Shown: positions 1 through 7,307 of the stretch, in pieces
How the letters are laid out: each line of letters begins with the position of its first letter
Numbering within the stretch: the stretch's first letter is position 1
Virus record (IMG/VR): IMGVR_UViG_3300037483_000108
Coordinates: 1-40,940 of that record
From: a virus
Lineage: Duplodnaviria; Caudoviricetes
Strand: one strand, 5' to 3'
DNA length: 40,940 nucleotides
Translations under genes and position numbers: made by a program
The notes under the pieces: model-generated
Databases searched by the model: none
What the model was told of the DNA's origin: nothing
The model's input: only the letters and a program-made list of their open reading frames with translations

Positions 1-127
1 CCTCAATATCCACAACATGGGACATCGGTGGTGACATGACCAACAACGCAAAAGCCTACTTACTCTGGGCCGTCGCCGTTCTGTCCTTTCTGCTCTTCAT
101 TGCGACAGTGAGCGCCAACACGATCCG
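1..127 (+). repeat. Terminal direct repeat, copy 1 (circular assembly overlap)
   Basis: Identical to 40814-40940; 127 bp is a common de Bruijn k-mer size; ORF 36..359 is repeated in part at the right end. Confidence 0.95.
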
Positions 128-359
128 GCTCAGACATGAAGTCCTGACCCGACTTCAATCCGCCAACCTCGTAATGCAGACCGGCGCAACAGGTGGCTGT
201 GCAATATGGGATTACGCCGACGTGGTTATCGTGGCCTGTTATGGAGATAACAGACGCAGGCAGTACAAACTGGTGATGGTGGCGTTGGCGGATTTGGGAC
301 CGGTGAACAAGTACTCGGCTTTGCTTAATAGCGGGCATGTGGAGGTGCGTGATGGATGA
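36..359 (+). CDS. Hypothetical protein with N-terminal signal/TM helix
   Basis: Hydrophobic N-terminus (YLLWAVAVLSFLLFIATVSA); starts right after the upstream ORF across the junction. Confidence 0.65.
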   Translation: MTNNAKAYLLWAVAVLSFLLFIATVSANTIRLRHEVLTRLQSANLVMQTGATGGCAIWDYADVVIVACYGDNRRRQYKLVMVALADLGPVNKYSALLNSGHVEVRDG

Positions 360-510
360 CGGACACCAAGCATGGGCACACCAAGAAGAGCTGTTACACC
401 GACGCATTGAGGAAGACCCCGCATTCAAGCGGGAATATGAAGCATGGCTAGATAGTCTCGAAAGAGAGAAAAAGCCAATTGTTAAATCTAAACAGGAGAA
501 AGCCGCATGA
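352..510 (+). CDS. Small hypothetical protein (52 aa, MDDGHQAW...)
   Basis: GGAGG RBS; ATGA overlap with the next gene; not in the ORF track. Confidence 0.65.
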   Translation: MDDGHQAWAHQEELLHRRIEEDPAFKREYEAWLDSLEREKKPIVKSKQEKAA

Positions 511-851
511 ACATTGATGAGATCTATTCCGCCGGTAAGAGCTTGAAGGCCGAGGACCTTAAAGGCCGGTCCCATAAACTCAAGATCAGTGAAATCGAAA
601 CCGCGAAATTCGACAACGGAATGAAGTTGGTTTTGAAGTTCGACGGCAAGGAGAAGGGCCTTGTGCTGAACAAGACCAACGCCAAGGTGGTGGCGAAGTA
701 TTACGGCAAGGACACGCTTGGTTGGGTCGGCAAGCAGATTGAAATCTTCCCGACTGAGACTGAGTTCAACGGGTCGCTTGTGGACTGCATTCGGGTTCGC
801 GTGGAATTGCCGGCGGCGGATGGTGATTTTGACGACGACATCGGGTTTTAG
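507..851 (+). CDS. Putative phage single-stranded DNA-binding protein
   Basis: Beta-rich body, acidic C-terminal tail ending DDDIGF (SSB-type tail), next to Gp157. Confidence 0.6.
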   Translation: MNIDEIYSAGKSLKAEDLKGRSHKLKISEIETAKFDNGMKLVLKFDGKEKGLVLNKTNAKVVAKYYGKDTLGWVGKQIEIFPTETEFNGSLVDCIRVRVELPAADGDFDDDIGF

Positions 852-862
852 AGGATTTCCTA

Positions 863-1360
863 ATGACCTCTCTTTATGTCCTTGCTGACGAATACCGCTA
901 TGCCGCTGACAAGTTGGCAACCATGGAACTTGACGAGCAGTCCGTAACGGACACGCTGGAAGGCTTGTCCGGCGCGATGGAAGTCAAAGCGACTAATGTC
1001 GCCATGTTCGCCCGTAATCTGGAAGCTACCGCGCAAGCCATCATGGAAGCGGAAACCGCGATGGCGGCACGACGGAAAGCGATTGAGGCTAGAGCGGCAA
1101 GGATTCGGGATTACCTGAAAACGAGCATGGAGTTTGCCGGGATCACGAAGATTGAATGCCCCTATTTCAGTCTCGCAGTTCGCGAAAACCCGCCACGGGT
1201 CGTGATTGAGTCGGAAGGGTTAATCCCCGCAGAGTTCATGCACCAACCCGAACCGCCGCCGCCCAAGCCGGACAAAAAAGCGATTGCCGATGCGCTCAAA
1301 GAAGGACGCACAGTTCTAGGCGCGCATCTAGAGCGCGGAAAACGACTGGAGATTAAATAG
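863..1360 (+). CDS. Siphovirus Gp157 family protein
   Basis: MTSLYVLADEY...DTLEGL...KKAIADALKEG..V.GAHLE pattern typical of Gp157. Confidence 0.9.
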   Translation: MTSLYVLADEYRYAADKLATMELDEQSVTDTLEGLSGAMEVKATNVAMFARNLEATAQAIMEAETAMAARRKAIEARAARIRDYLKTSMEFAGITKIECPYFSLAVRENPPRVVIESEGLIPAEFMHQPEPPPPKPDKKAIADALKEGRTVLGAHLERGKRLEIK

Positions 1361-1502
1361 TGCTTAGCCGCCTTGCGGGAGGTGGAGCCACTGACGGCAG
1401 TACTTCCCAGCCCCGGGGAGCCGTCGAACGGGGAAGACCGAAGGCGCTGAAAAGTATCCGTAGCTGGGTCACTGTCGGTTCCGGCCAGCGCCGTAGGCAC
1501 CA
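1360..1502 (+). ncRNA. Candidate structured RNA in intergenic region
   Basis: Closing stem GTGCTTA/TAGGCAC followed by CA (ends ...GGCACCA); inner stems GACGGC/GCCGTC and GGCGCTG/CAGCGCC. Confidence 0.4.
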
Positions 1503-1527
1503 GATTACTGAATAGGAGACGAGAGAG

Positions 1528-1755
1528 ATGAAAACATTTAAAACTTATGAGCAGGTTGAAGGATTGCGCGGCTGTATGAAGAAGCCGATTGTGGTTCACG
1601 CGATGCAGATGCACGAGGAATTCCGGGTTGACACGCTGGAAGGGAACTATAAACAGGGTAAGCCAGGTGACTACCTGATGCGCGGGATCGAAGGAGAACT
1701 TTATATTTGCGACCGAGAGATTTTTGAGAAGTCATACGGGTGGACTTACGTCTAA
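1528..1755 (+). CDS. Phage protein, PGDYG-like motif
   Basis: TLEG...GKPGDYLMRGIEGELYICDREIFEKSY motif; GGAG RBS. Confidence 0.75.
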   Translation: MKTFKTYEQVEGLRGCMKKPIVVHAMQMHEEFRVDTLEGNYKQGKPGDYLMRGIEGELYICDREIFEKSYGWTYV

Positions 1756-1775
1756 TTACTTACTTAGGAGGGGTG

Positions 1776-2066
1776 ATGAGACAGTTTACAAAAGACGAAG
1801 CGATTGTCTTCTGCAACAGCAAGGCATGGAAAGACATGGACCCGATTGCCCTGGCGAAATTTCAACTATTCCAGGACTTGCTGTGCATACCGTTCGGCGT
1901 CTTCCATGAGGCGATGGAAAAGGCCCTCGGTCGTCCGGTATGGACGCATGAGTTCGCTTACCGCGATCAACTCAAGGCGGAGCTGATGGGCGATTCCTCA
2001 CCGCCGACGATGGAGGACATCATTAATCTGATTCCGGCAGACAAACGCCTGATTGTTACTGTATAG
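1776..2066 (+). CDS. Hypothetical phage protein
   Basis: AGGAGG RBS before ATG 1776; operon context. Confidence 0.75.
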   Translation: MRQFTKDEAIVFCNSKAWKDMDPIALAKFQLFQDLLCIPFGVFHEAMEKALGRPVWTHEFAYRDQLKAELMGDSSPPTMEDIINLIPADKRLIVTV

Positions 2067-2074
2067 GATCCCCC

Positions 2075-2272
2075 ATGCTCACCCAACTCCTAACCTGGCT
2101 ATACGAAATGCTCCTCGGCCTATTCCTCTGGGCCTGCACCACCAAGGAGGAGCGCCAACTGTTGAACTGGCAACGAATGAACAATGCGTATCTGTCCCTG
2201 GCTAGAAAGCCGGACACGCTGTGCGAGAACGATGCTTGCGTAGAGCGGATTAGAGAGGCGGAGGGGTCATGA
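2075..2272 (+). CDS. Hypothetical protein
   Basis: ORF coupled to the next gene by ATGA overlap. Confidence 0.55.
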   Translation: MLTQLLTWLYEMLLGLFLWACTTKEERQLLNWQRMNNAYLSLARKPDTLCENDACVERIREAEGS

Positions 2273-2460
2273 GCAGCGAATGCCAGTGCCGGCAATGCCT
2301 ACGTGATAGGGACGAGCATGACATGGGGTTGCCTATTGGGATGACGTGGCTTGTTGTCTGCGAAACATGTGGGAATAAACGCTGTCCGCATGCCACGGAC
2401 CATCGGCATGAATGTACCAACAGCAATGAACCGGGGCAGCCCGGGAGCGTTTACCAATGA
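2269..2460 (+). CDS. Cys-rich hypothetical protein (CGNKRCPHA motif)
   Basis: CxCxxC and CxxCGNKRCPHATDH motifs; RBS. Confidence 0.7.
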   Translation: MSSECQCRQCLRDRDEHDMGLPIGMTWLVVCETCGNKRCPHATDHRHECTNSNEPGQPGSVYQ

Positions 2461-2876
2461 ACGAAACCGATCTACAGGAGATTAAGTGCATAACACTCAC
2501 CGGCGAGAACGTGGTGATTTCGGCTGCACATTTCGACGCCCTACTCTCCACCGTCCGAGAGCTACAGCGGCAGAACGACGAACTAACCAATGTCGTCGGC
2601 ATGTGTCGAGCCGCAGCTGGATGGGGCACGGATGCGGACCCGATGAATGTCCAGAGCTGGGCGGCAATGGGAGACCCGGCGGATGTGTCGGTATTTATCA
2701 AATCCCAGTTTGAGCGGCTACAGCGGCAGGCACAGGAGAGGGACCGTCTCCTAGAGGACGCACATCAGGAGCTGTTAGGCAACGAGTGCGGCAGCCCGGA
2801 ATTGCACCATGCAATACAAGATGTATTGATTGAGAGCGAGCAAGCCGCCCTGAACAAGGAGCAACCCAATGAGTAA
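2457..2876 (+). CDS. Hypothetical coiled-coil protein
   Basis: Coupled ORF; internal 13-bp direct repeat. Confidence 0.65.
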   Translation: MNETDLQEIKCITLTGENVVISAAHFDALLSTVRELQRQNDELTNVVGMCRAAAGWGTDADPMNVQSWAAMGDPADVSVFIKSQFERLQRQAQERDRLLEDAHQELLGNECGSPELHHAIQDVLIESEQAALNKEQPNE

Positions 2877-3396
2877 GCATGACGAAATGGCGCGGGAAAT
2901 ACGAGAGAACTCTGTAAAGCCGGCGCAGCTATCTAATCAATACCACGTCAGCATCATCCACTTGGAGCAGGATATCGCCTCCGCCCTCGCCCAAGTCGAG
3001 GCGGAGACGTTGGATATGGCCGCAAGATTCATGGAGCGGCGGGCCGCTGAGATAGAAGGCGCGCGCGCTAATGTAACCGCCTCCACAATTGCCCGCATCT
3101 ACCGAGATGAGGCTACCGCCATCCGCTCCCTAACTATTAACGAAAAGCTAACTCCGGCAAAGTTAGCAGATGAGTATGTGCGGGTGCCGATGACTGGATG
3201 GAAGCAAGACGGAAACCTGCTCTATCGCCTCAAGGAGGGGTCCAATTATGACGAGATCAACGTGAGCCAGGCAAAAGGGTCGCGCATGTTGCAAGACAGA
3301 ACAAAACGAGCCGCCGAGTTGTTGGCCATGATCCAAGCCGCCCCTGATACAGATATATCAGTATCGGGGGGATTGATAGAACGGGAGCAGCCATGA
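2869..3396 (+). CDS. Hypothetical (probably mosaic) protein
   Basis: AAGGAG RBS; coupled ORF. Confidence 0.65.
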   Translation: MSKHDEMAREIRENSVKPAQLSNQYHVSIIHLEQDIASALAQVEAETLDMAARFMERRAAEIEGARANVTASTIARIYRDEATAIRSLTINEKLTPAKLADEYVRVPMTGWKQDGNLLYRLKEGSNYDEINVSQAKGSRMLQDRTKRAAELLAMIQAAPDTDISVSGGLIEREQP

Positions 3397-3599
3397 AAAG
3401 AACTGCGGAAGAGTGCTTTGCGAAGGCTGAAGCCTACGACGAATGTGCGGGCCATCTTGACCAATCGTGGACTGATGATCCGCTGGAGCGCAAGGCGGGA
3501 GAGAAACTGCAAACGATGCTACGCGCTCGGGCCGAACATTGGCGGAAGATGGGACGACAGGTAGCCGCCCCCAACGACGGGGCCGAGGGGGAGGAGTGA
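3393..3599 (+). CDS. Hypothetical protein
   Basis: GGGAG RBS; coupled ORF. Confidence 0.65.
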   Translation: MKRTAEECFAKAEAYDECAGHLDQSWTDDPLERKAGEKLQTMLRARAEHWRKMGRQVAAPNDGAEGEE

Positions 3600-3763
3600 T
3601 GAGCAATAACGACTGGAAACCGGCAGACAGACACTGCCCAAAATGCGACGAGCCGACGCTCGAATACCGCGTTGTTGAATCTAGCTGCGGTGGCTATGAG
3701 GACGTGAATTATTGTTGTAGGACGTGTCGGCATGAATGGTGGATTGATGGCGATGATGGTTAA
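3599..3763 (+). CDS. Small zinc-ribbon protein (CPKC...CRTC)
   Basis: GGAGGAG RBS before ATG 3599; two CxxC pairs. Confidence 0.65.
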   Translation: MSNNDWKPADRHCPKCDEPTLEYRVVESSCGGYEDVNYCCRTCRHEWWIDGDDG

Positions 3764-3788
3764 CGACGGGGCCGCACAGGAGGGGTAG

Positions 3789-3965
3789 ATGAGCGACGAC
3801 GAATTAAAGGATAAGATTTTTATCGAATTGCACAATCTTTGCGGACTGTGCAGCCACTGTGGGAAGCGAGCTTGTCACGGACGCGCATCAGGATCGGTAC
3901 TACCCGAAAAATTACCACGCAACGACGTGATTCTCGCGATTGAACGGGCATTCAAGAAGGCATGA
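3789..3965 (+). CDS. Small hypothetical protein (58 aa, MSDDELKD...)
   Basis: AGGAGG RBS; not in the ORF track. Confidence 0.55.
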   Translation: MSDDELKDKIFIELHNLCGLCSHCGKRACHGRASGSVLPEKLPRNDVILAIERAFKKA

Positions 3966-3999
3966 CCCCACGTGGGATTAGACATAAGGACGCGCCTAA

Positions 4000-4203
4000 G
4001 TGTTGAGGGTGACCGACGAAGAACTGCGGGACCTGACCGGCTACCAGAGGCCGTCCAAGCAAATCGCATGGCTCAAGCGGAATGGGGTCCGGTTCTTCGT
4101 GGCGGCGGATGGGCATCCCCGGGTTCTGCGGGCGCACCTGGAAGGCCCCCGCCCCCAGCGTGCAAACAGCCCCAACTTGGAAGCCGTGCGAGGGTTAAGG
4201 TAG
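4000..4203 (+). CDS. DUF4224-family excisionase-like protein
   Basis: LTDEEL.DLTGY.RPSKQIAWL..NG..F....DG.P.V pattern; directly upstream of the integrase. Confidence 0.85.
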   Translation: MLRVTDEELRDLTGYQRPSKQIAWLKRNGVRFFVAADGHPRVLRAHLEGPRPQRANSPNLEAVRGLR

Positions 4204-4206
4204 CCT

Positions 4207-5184
4207 ATGAGCCCTATGGGGAGAAAACGCAAAGATCGTCGAGACCTGCCGGAGCGGGTCTATTTCAAGCACGGGGCCTATTACTTCGTCTCCAAGGATG
4301 GGGCATGGCACCGGCTGGGAACCGACTACACCAAGGCCTTGACCAAATACGGGGAACTCAATTCCTCCGGGGTTGGTTTCTCGATGGGCTCGATCATCGA
4401 TCGCTATATGCGCGAGATCGCCCCCACCAAAGCTCCCAGGACCTTCAAGAATTACTTGCGCGAGGTCCGCCACATCCGGTCCGCCTTTGGCCACATGCTG
4501 CCGGACGAGATCACCCCGCCCCATATTTACGCCTACCTGGACACCCGTCCCAGGGTCTCGGGCAACCGGGAAAAGGCCCTGCTCTCCACGATCATCAGTT
4601 ATGCCGTCCGTTGGGGACTGGCGTCTGATAATCCCTGTCGGCTGGTCAAACGGAACCCAGAAGCCCCGCGGGAGCGGTACGTCGAGGACTGGGAATATTG
4701 GGCCGTCTACACCCTCGCCCCGTCCATGATCCAGGTCGCCATGGACGTGGCCAGAACGACCGGACTGCGGCAGGGAGACATCCTTAAGCTCAAACTGACG
4801 GACGCCAAGGAGGACGGCCTACACGTCCACACGGGCAAGACCGGCAAGCGGCTGATCTTCGCCATGACCACCGACCTACGAGCGCCACTGAACCGCTCCA
4901 GGGGTATCCCGATCAAGGGCGTTCAGCCTCTCCACCCGGCCGTTATTCGGAATCGGTTCGGGCGGGCGTACACCGGAGACGGGTTCCGGGCTGTGTGGCA
5001 GGACTTGATGGTGGCGGCAATGGCAGCCGAAGTCATCAAGGAGCGGTTTACGTTTAACGATCTACGGGCCAAGGCGGCGAGCGAGTCGGACAGTCCGACC
5101 GAACTGCTAGGGCACGACGATCCAAAGACCACCAACCGGGTCTATCGCCGGGCCCCGAGGCGGGTAACCCCCGTCAAATATTAG
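4207..5184 (+). CDS. int: Tyrosine recombinase / phage integrase
   Basis: Catalytic motifs TGLRQGD (R), KTGK (K), FNDLR (HxxR variant), LLGH, RVYRR (Y); N-terminal arm-binding region. Confidence 0.95.
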   Translation: MSPMGRKRKDRRDLPERVYFKHGAYYFVSKDGAWHRLGTDYTKALTKYGELNSSGVGFSMGSIIDRYMREIAPTKAPRTFKNYLREVRHIRSAFGHMLPDEITPPHIYAYLDTRPRVSGNREKALLSTIISYAVRWGLASDNPCRLVKRNPEAPRERYVEDWEYWAVYTLAPSMIQVAMDVARTTGLRQGDILKLKLTDAKEDGLHVHTGKTGKRLIFAMTTDLRAPLNRSRGIPIKGVQPLHPAVIRNRFGRAYTGDGFRAVWQDLMVAAMAAEVIKERFTFNDLRAKAASESDSPTELLGHDDPKTTNRVYRRAPRRVTPVKY

Positions 5185-5401
5185 ACACGTGGCTTTTTAT
5201 TAGACGGGGCTTACGAGAATCGCCCCTAACTGCTTGAAATGGTGGGCCGTCTAGGGCTCGAACCTAGGACCTACTGATTAAGAGTCGGTTGTCGGACTCA
5301 GCATTGGCGCGGGAAATTGCCGATTATGTCTAATATAATGGTGCGGATCGTCCTTCTTACAGATCAGTACGTTAGGTTACGTTAGACAGGCGATATTAGA
5401 C
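5179..5401. promoter_or_regulatory. Putative integrase arm-type binding sites (TATTAGAC)
   Basis: TATTAGAC at 5179, 5198 and 5394, inverted at 5328, variant GTTAGAC at 5381; they flank the att core on both sides. Confidence 0.7.
5240..5286 (-). other. attP core: 3' half of tRNA-Lys(CTT)
   Basis: Reverse complement GACTCTTAATCAGTAGGTCCTAGGTTCGAGCCCTAGACGGCCCACCA gives anticodon loop CTT, T-arm GTTCGA and a CCA end; 56 bp after int. Confidence 0.9.
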
Positions 5402-5448
5402 GGCAAACCTGCCACAGGAAAACGAGTGGCCCACAGCCACAGGAGAGA

Positions 5449-5706
5449 GTGATGACGAGAGCCGAGTTCTACGCCAAATATGGCGACATAAAGGTGAAGT
5501 TTTCGAGCTATTACAAATACACGTTTACCTATAGGGCCGCGCTCCCCGACGGAAAAACGCTGACTTGCGATTATGGCGGGAACAATGACCAGATTTACCG
5601 GCATACGGCTGTTCCTGACGCCGAGGAAACCGTGAGCAACCTACAGCCGTATGCTGGCATAATCTACGACAACGGAGCCGAGGTTGAATCGTTTTACGAT
5701 TACTAA
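5449..5706 (+). CDS. Hypothetical protein (accessory, next to attP)
   Basis: AGGAGAG RBS; Tyr-rich 85 aa. Confidence 0.75.
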   Translation: MMTRAEFYAKYGDIKVKFSSYYKYTFTYRAALPDGKTLTCDYGGNNDQIYRHTAVPDAEETVSNLQPYAGIIYDNGAEVESFYDY

Positions 5707-5811
5707 CTTCCTCTGCCTCTTCCGCCACCGCTACCGATACTGGAAGCGTAGCCTAGAGGGCGATAGGCTGTACCGGTGTGTACGATGTGATAAGACGATG
5801 GTGAGGGCGAG

Positions 5812-6018
5812 ATGATCACGAAAGAGCAACAGGAGACGCTGGTGGACATTTTCACCAACTCCGATCGATCGGATAAGATGTCTATCGAGTTCGATACGTT
5901 CTCGCGGACCGTGACGATCCGGTATGAAGACATAGATGGCGAGTGGTTCAATGAGCTGCGGAAATATGCGAGCTTGACAACGACACGGCTAAAGACGCCA
6001 GCCCCGGCTCCCGAATGA
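5812..6018 (+). CDS. Hypothetical protein
   Basis: GAGGG RBS. Confidence 0.6.
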   Translation: MITKEQQETLVDIFTNSDRSDKMSIEFDTFSRTVTIRYEDIDGEWFNELRKYASLTTTRLKTPAPAPE

Positions 6019-6176
6019 GCAATCGAATCGAAACGCCGCCGAAGACCGACAAGCAAAAAAGGCTTGAGCGTCAGGGGTGCGTGTTCATCGGGCAGGAGTT
6101 ACTTGATAACCACGAACTGAACCCGGACAAAGAGTGTTATTGTGGCCGGCCACTGAGGACGCCGGCCCCCAAATAG
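6015..6176 (+). CDS. Small hypothetical protein (53 aa, MSNRIETPP...)
   Basis: ATGA overlap with the upstream gene; not in the ORF track. Confidence 0.5.
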   Translation: MSNRIETPPKTDKQKRLERQGCVFIGQELLDNHELNPDKECYCGRPLRTPAPK

Positions 6177-6289
6177 CCGTGCGCACCAAATAGCCGAATT
6201 TGCCCGCTATTGCCGACAAATCATATAATTATCAAGTGGTTAAGCGTGCGCAGCAGTTATGCACAGGATCCATGATCCAATAGGTCACT

Positions 6290-6317
6290 TTGCATTTTCC
6301 GCCCTAGCTGCTATGTT
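6290..6317 (+). promoter_or_regulatory. Putative sigma70 promoter of the HicB/HicA-like moron
   Basis: TTGCAT-16 bp-TATGTT with extended -10 TGn. Confidence 0.45.
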
Positions 6318-6384
6318 GCGTGTACATGTGTATATATGTGTGTGCATGTGAATACGGATGGTAAAGACCATGGGGAGAAGTACT

Positions 6385-6654
6385 ATGGGTGAGAAATCTT
6401 ACGTCGGTATTATATCCGTCAAACAAGAGATCCGCGAAGGCGGATTCTGCGTTGTGACTAGCGATGACCTGCCGGGTCTGCTTCTGTGTGGAAAGAAGCC
6501 TGATGAGCTGGCTAGTGACATCCCGAAAGCTATTTCGTTGCTGTTCCGCCTCAACTATGGCATGAACGTCAATGTTCAGCCTGTCGCCGACCGGTTTGCC
6601 AAGAAATGTGTAGCACGTCCGACGCCAAACGTCTGGGCGGCAGTGCCGGCCTAA
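6385..6654 (+). CDS. HicB-like / DUF1902-like antitoxin-fold protein
   Basis: GGFCVVTSDDLPGLLLCG..PDEL..DIPKAI resembles the HicB partial RNase H fold; GGAGA RBS. Confidence 0.6.
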   Translation: MGEKSYVGIISVKQEIREGGFCVVTSDDLPGLLLCGKKPDELASDIPKAISLLFRLNYGMNVNVQPVADRFAKKCVARPTPNVWAAVPA

Positions 6655-6657
6655 ACC

Positions 6658-6870
6658 ATGGCGATGCGTCTGTTCAGCAAGGATGAGTTCGAGGCGTATT
6701 TGCGCGACAATTTATCCCTAACAAAAACGGATCAACGGGTATCGTCGGCAGTTATTTGGAAGATCAAGGATGGGCAATTTATCCTGGTTCCAGAGCTGGA
6801 TGATGGCGACCGATACCCGGATTATCTCCTGAACGATATCTATCTACAGATACAGCGTTCTAAATCCTAA
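6658..6870 (+). CDS. Putative divergent HicA-like (dsRBD-fold) protein
   Basis: 70 aa, predicted alpha-beta-beta-beta-alpha layout (EFEAYLRDNL...AVIWK..DGQFILVP...LLNDIY); follows the HicB-like gene; lacks the canonical GSH. Confidence 0.45.
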   Translation: MAMRLFSKDEFEAYLRDNLSLTKTDQRVSSAVIWKIKDGQFILVPELDDGDRYPDYLLNDIYLQIQRSKS

Positions 6871-6891
6871 CCCCGCCCCCGCGGGGTTTTT
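6869..6891 (+). terminator. Rho-independent terminator
   Basis: AACCCCGC-CCCC-GCGGGGTT stem then T run. Confidence 0.75.
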
Positions 6892-6920
6892 ATCGTCCCC
6901 GCCCCTTGAGCATCGTATCC

Positions 6921-7307
6921 CTATTCCTTCTTGTTCATCCGCTGCAACATCGGCGGGCCGAAATAGAAGCCGACCACGGTCAGCACGATCCAGCCGAACT
7001 TACCTTCGGCCAGATCAATGAGAAACTTGGCGTAGTCTGTCCACCAAGGATAAGCAACCGCGGCGACCAGGATCAGGAGGATGTAAGCGCCTGTCGACGC
7101 AAAGGCGATTACCCGTCGGGTGATACTCCTGACGGTGGTCTCCTGGCCTAGATGCTTCTGCAACTCGATCCATTGATCCAGGAGCTTCTGCCTTGCGCCG
7201 GCCTTTTCCTCGTCGGTATAGACCAGGGCATCGATACCCTTGATACCAGCGTCCAGGACCTTCTCAGCGGCTTGTGGGCCGGCTTTGAACCAGTCGATAA
7301 AGCTCAT
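6921..7307 (-). CDS. Putative holin (GTA 3TM-holin-like)
   Basis: N-terminal ...IDALVYTDEEKA, two C-terminal TM helices, GFYFG motif; follows the endolysin. Confidence 0.7.
   Translation of the reverse strand: MSFIDWFKAGPQAAEKVLDAGIKGIDALVYTDEEKAGARQKLLDQWIELQKHLGQETTVRSITRRVIAFASTGAYILLILVAAVAYPWWTDYAKFLIDLAEGKFGWIVLTVVGFYFGPPMLQRMNKKE

Noticed and set aside
3972-4628. 218-aa alternative-frame ORF over xis/int
   Set aside because: Overlaps two well-supported genes; Pro/Gly/Arg-rich off-frame composition
5240-5320. Functional phage tRNA-Lys gene
   Set aside because: Only the anticodon loop to CCA is present; there is no D arm or 5' acceptor strand, so it is an att core
5769-5786. SOS box upstream of ORF 5812
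   Set aside because: CTGT half-site is present but the ACAG half is not at the correct spacing
6257-6265. DnaA box (TTATGCACA)
   Set aside because: Single 9-mer far from the replication genes; expected by chance in 40 kb
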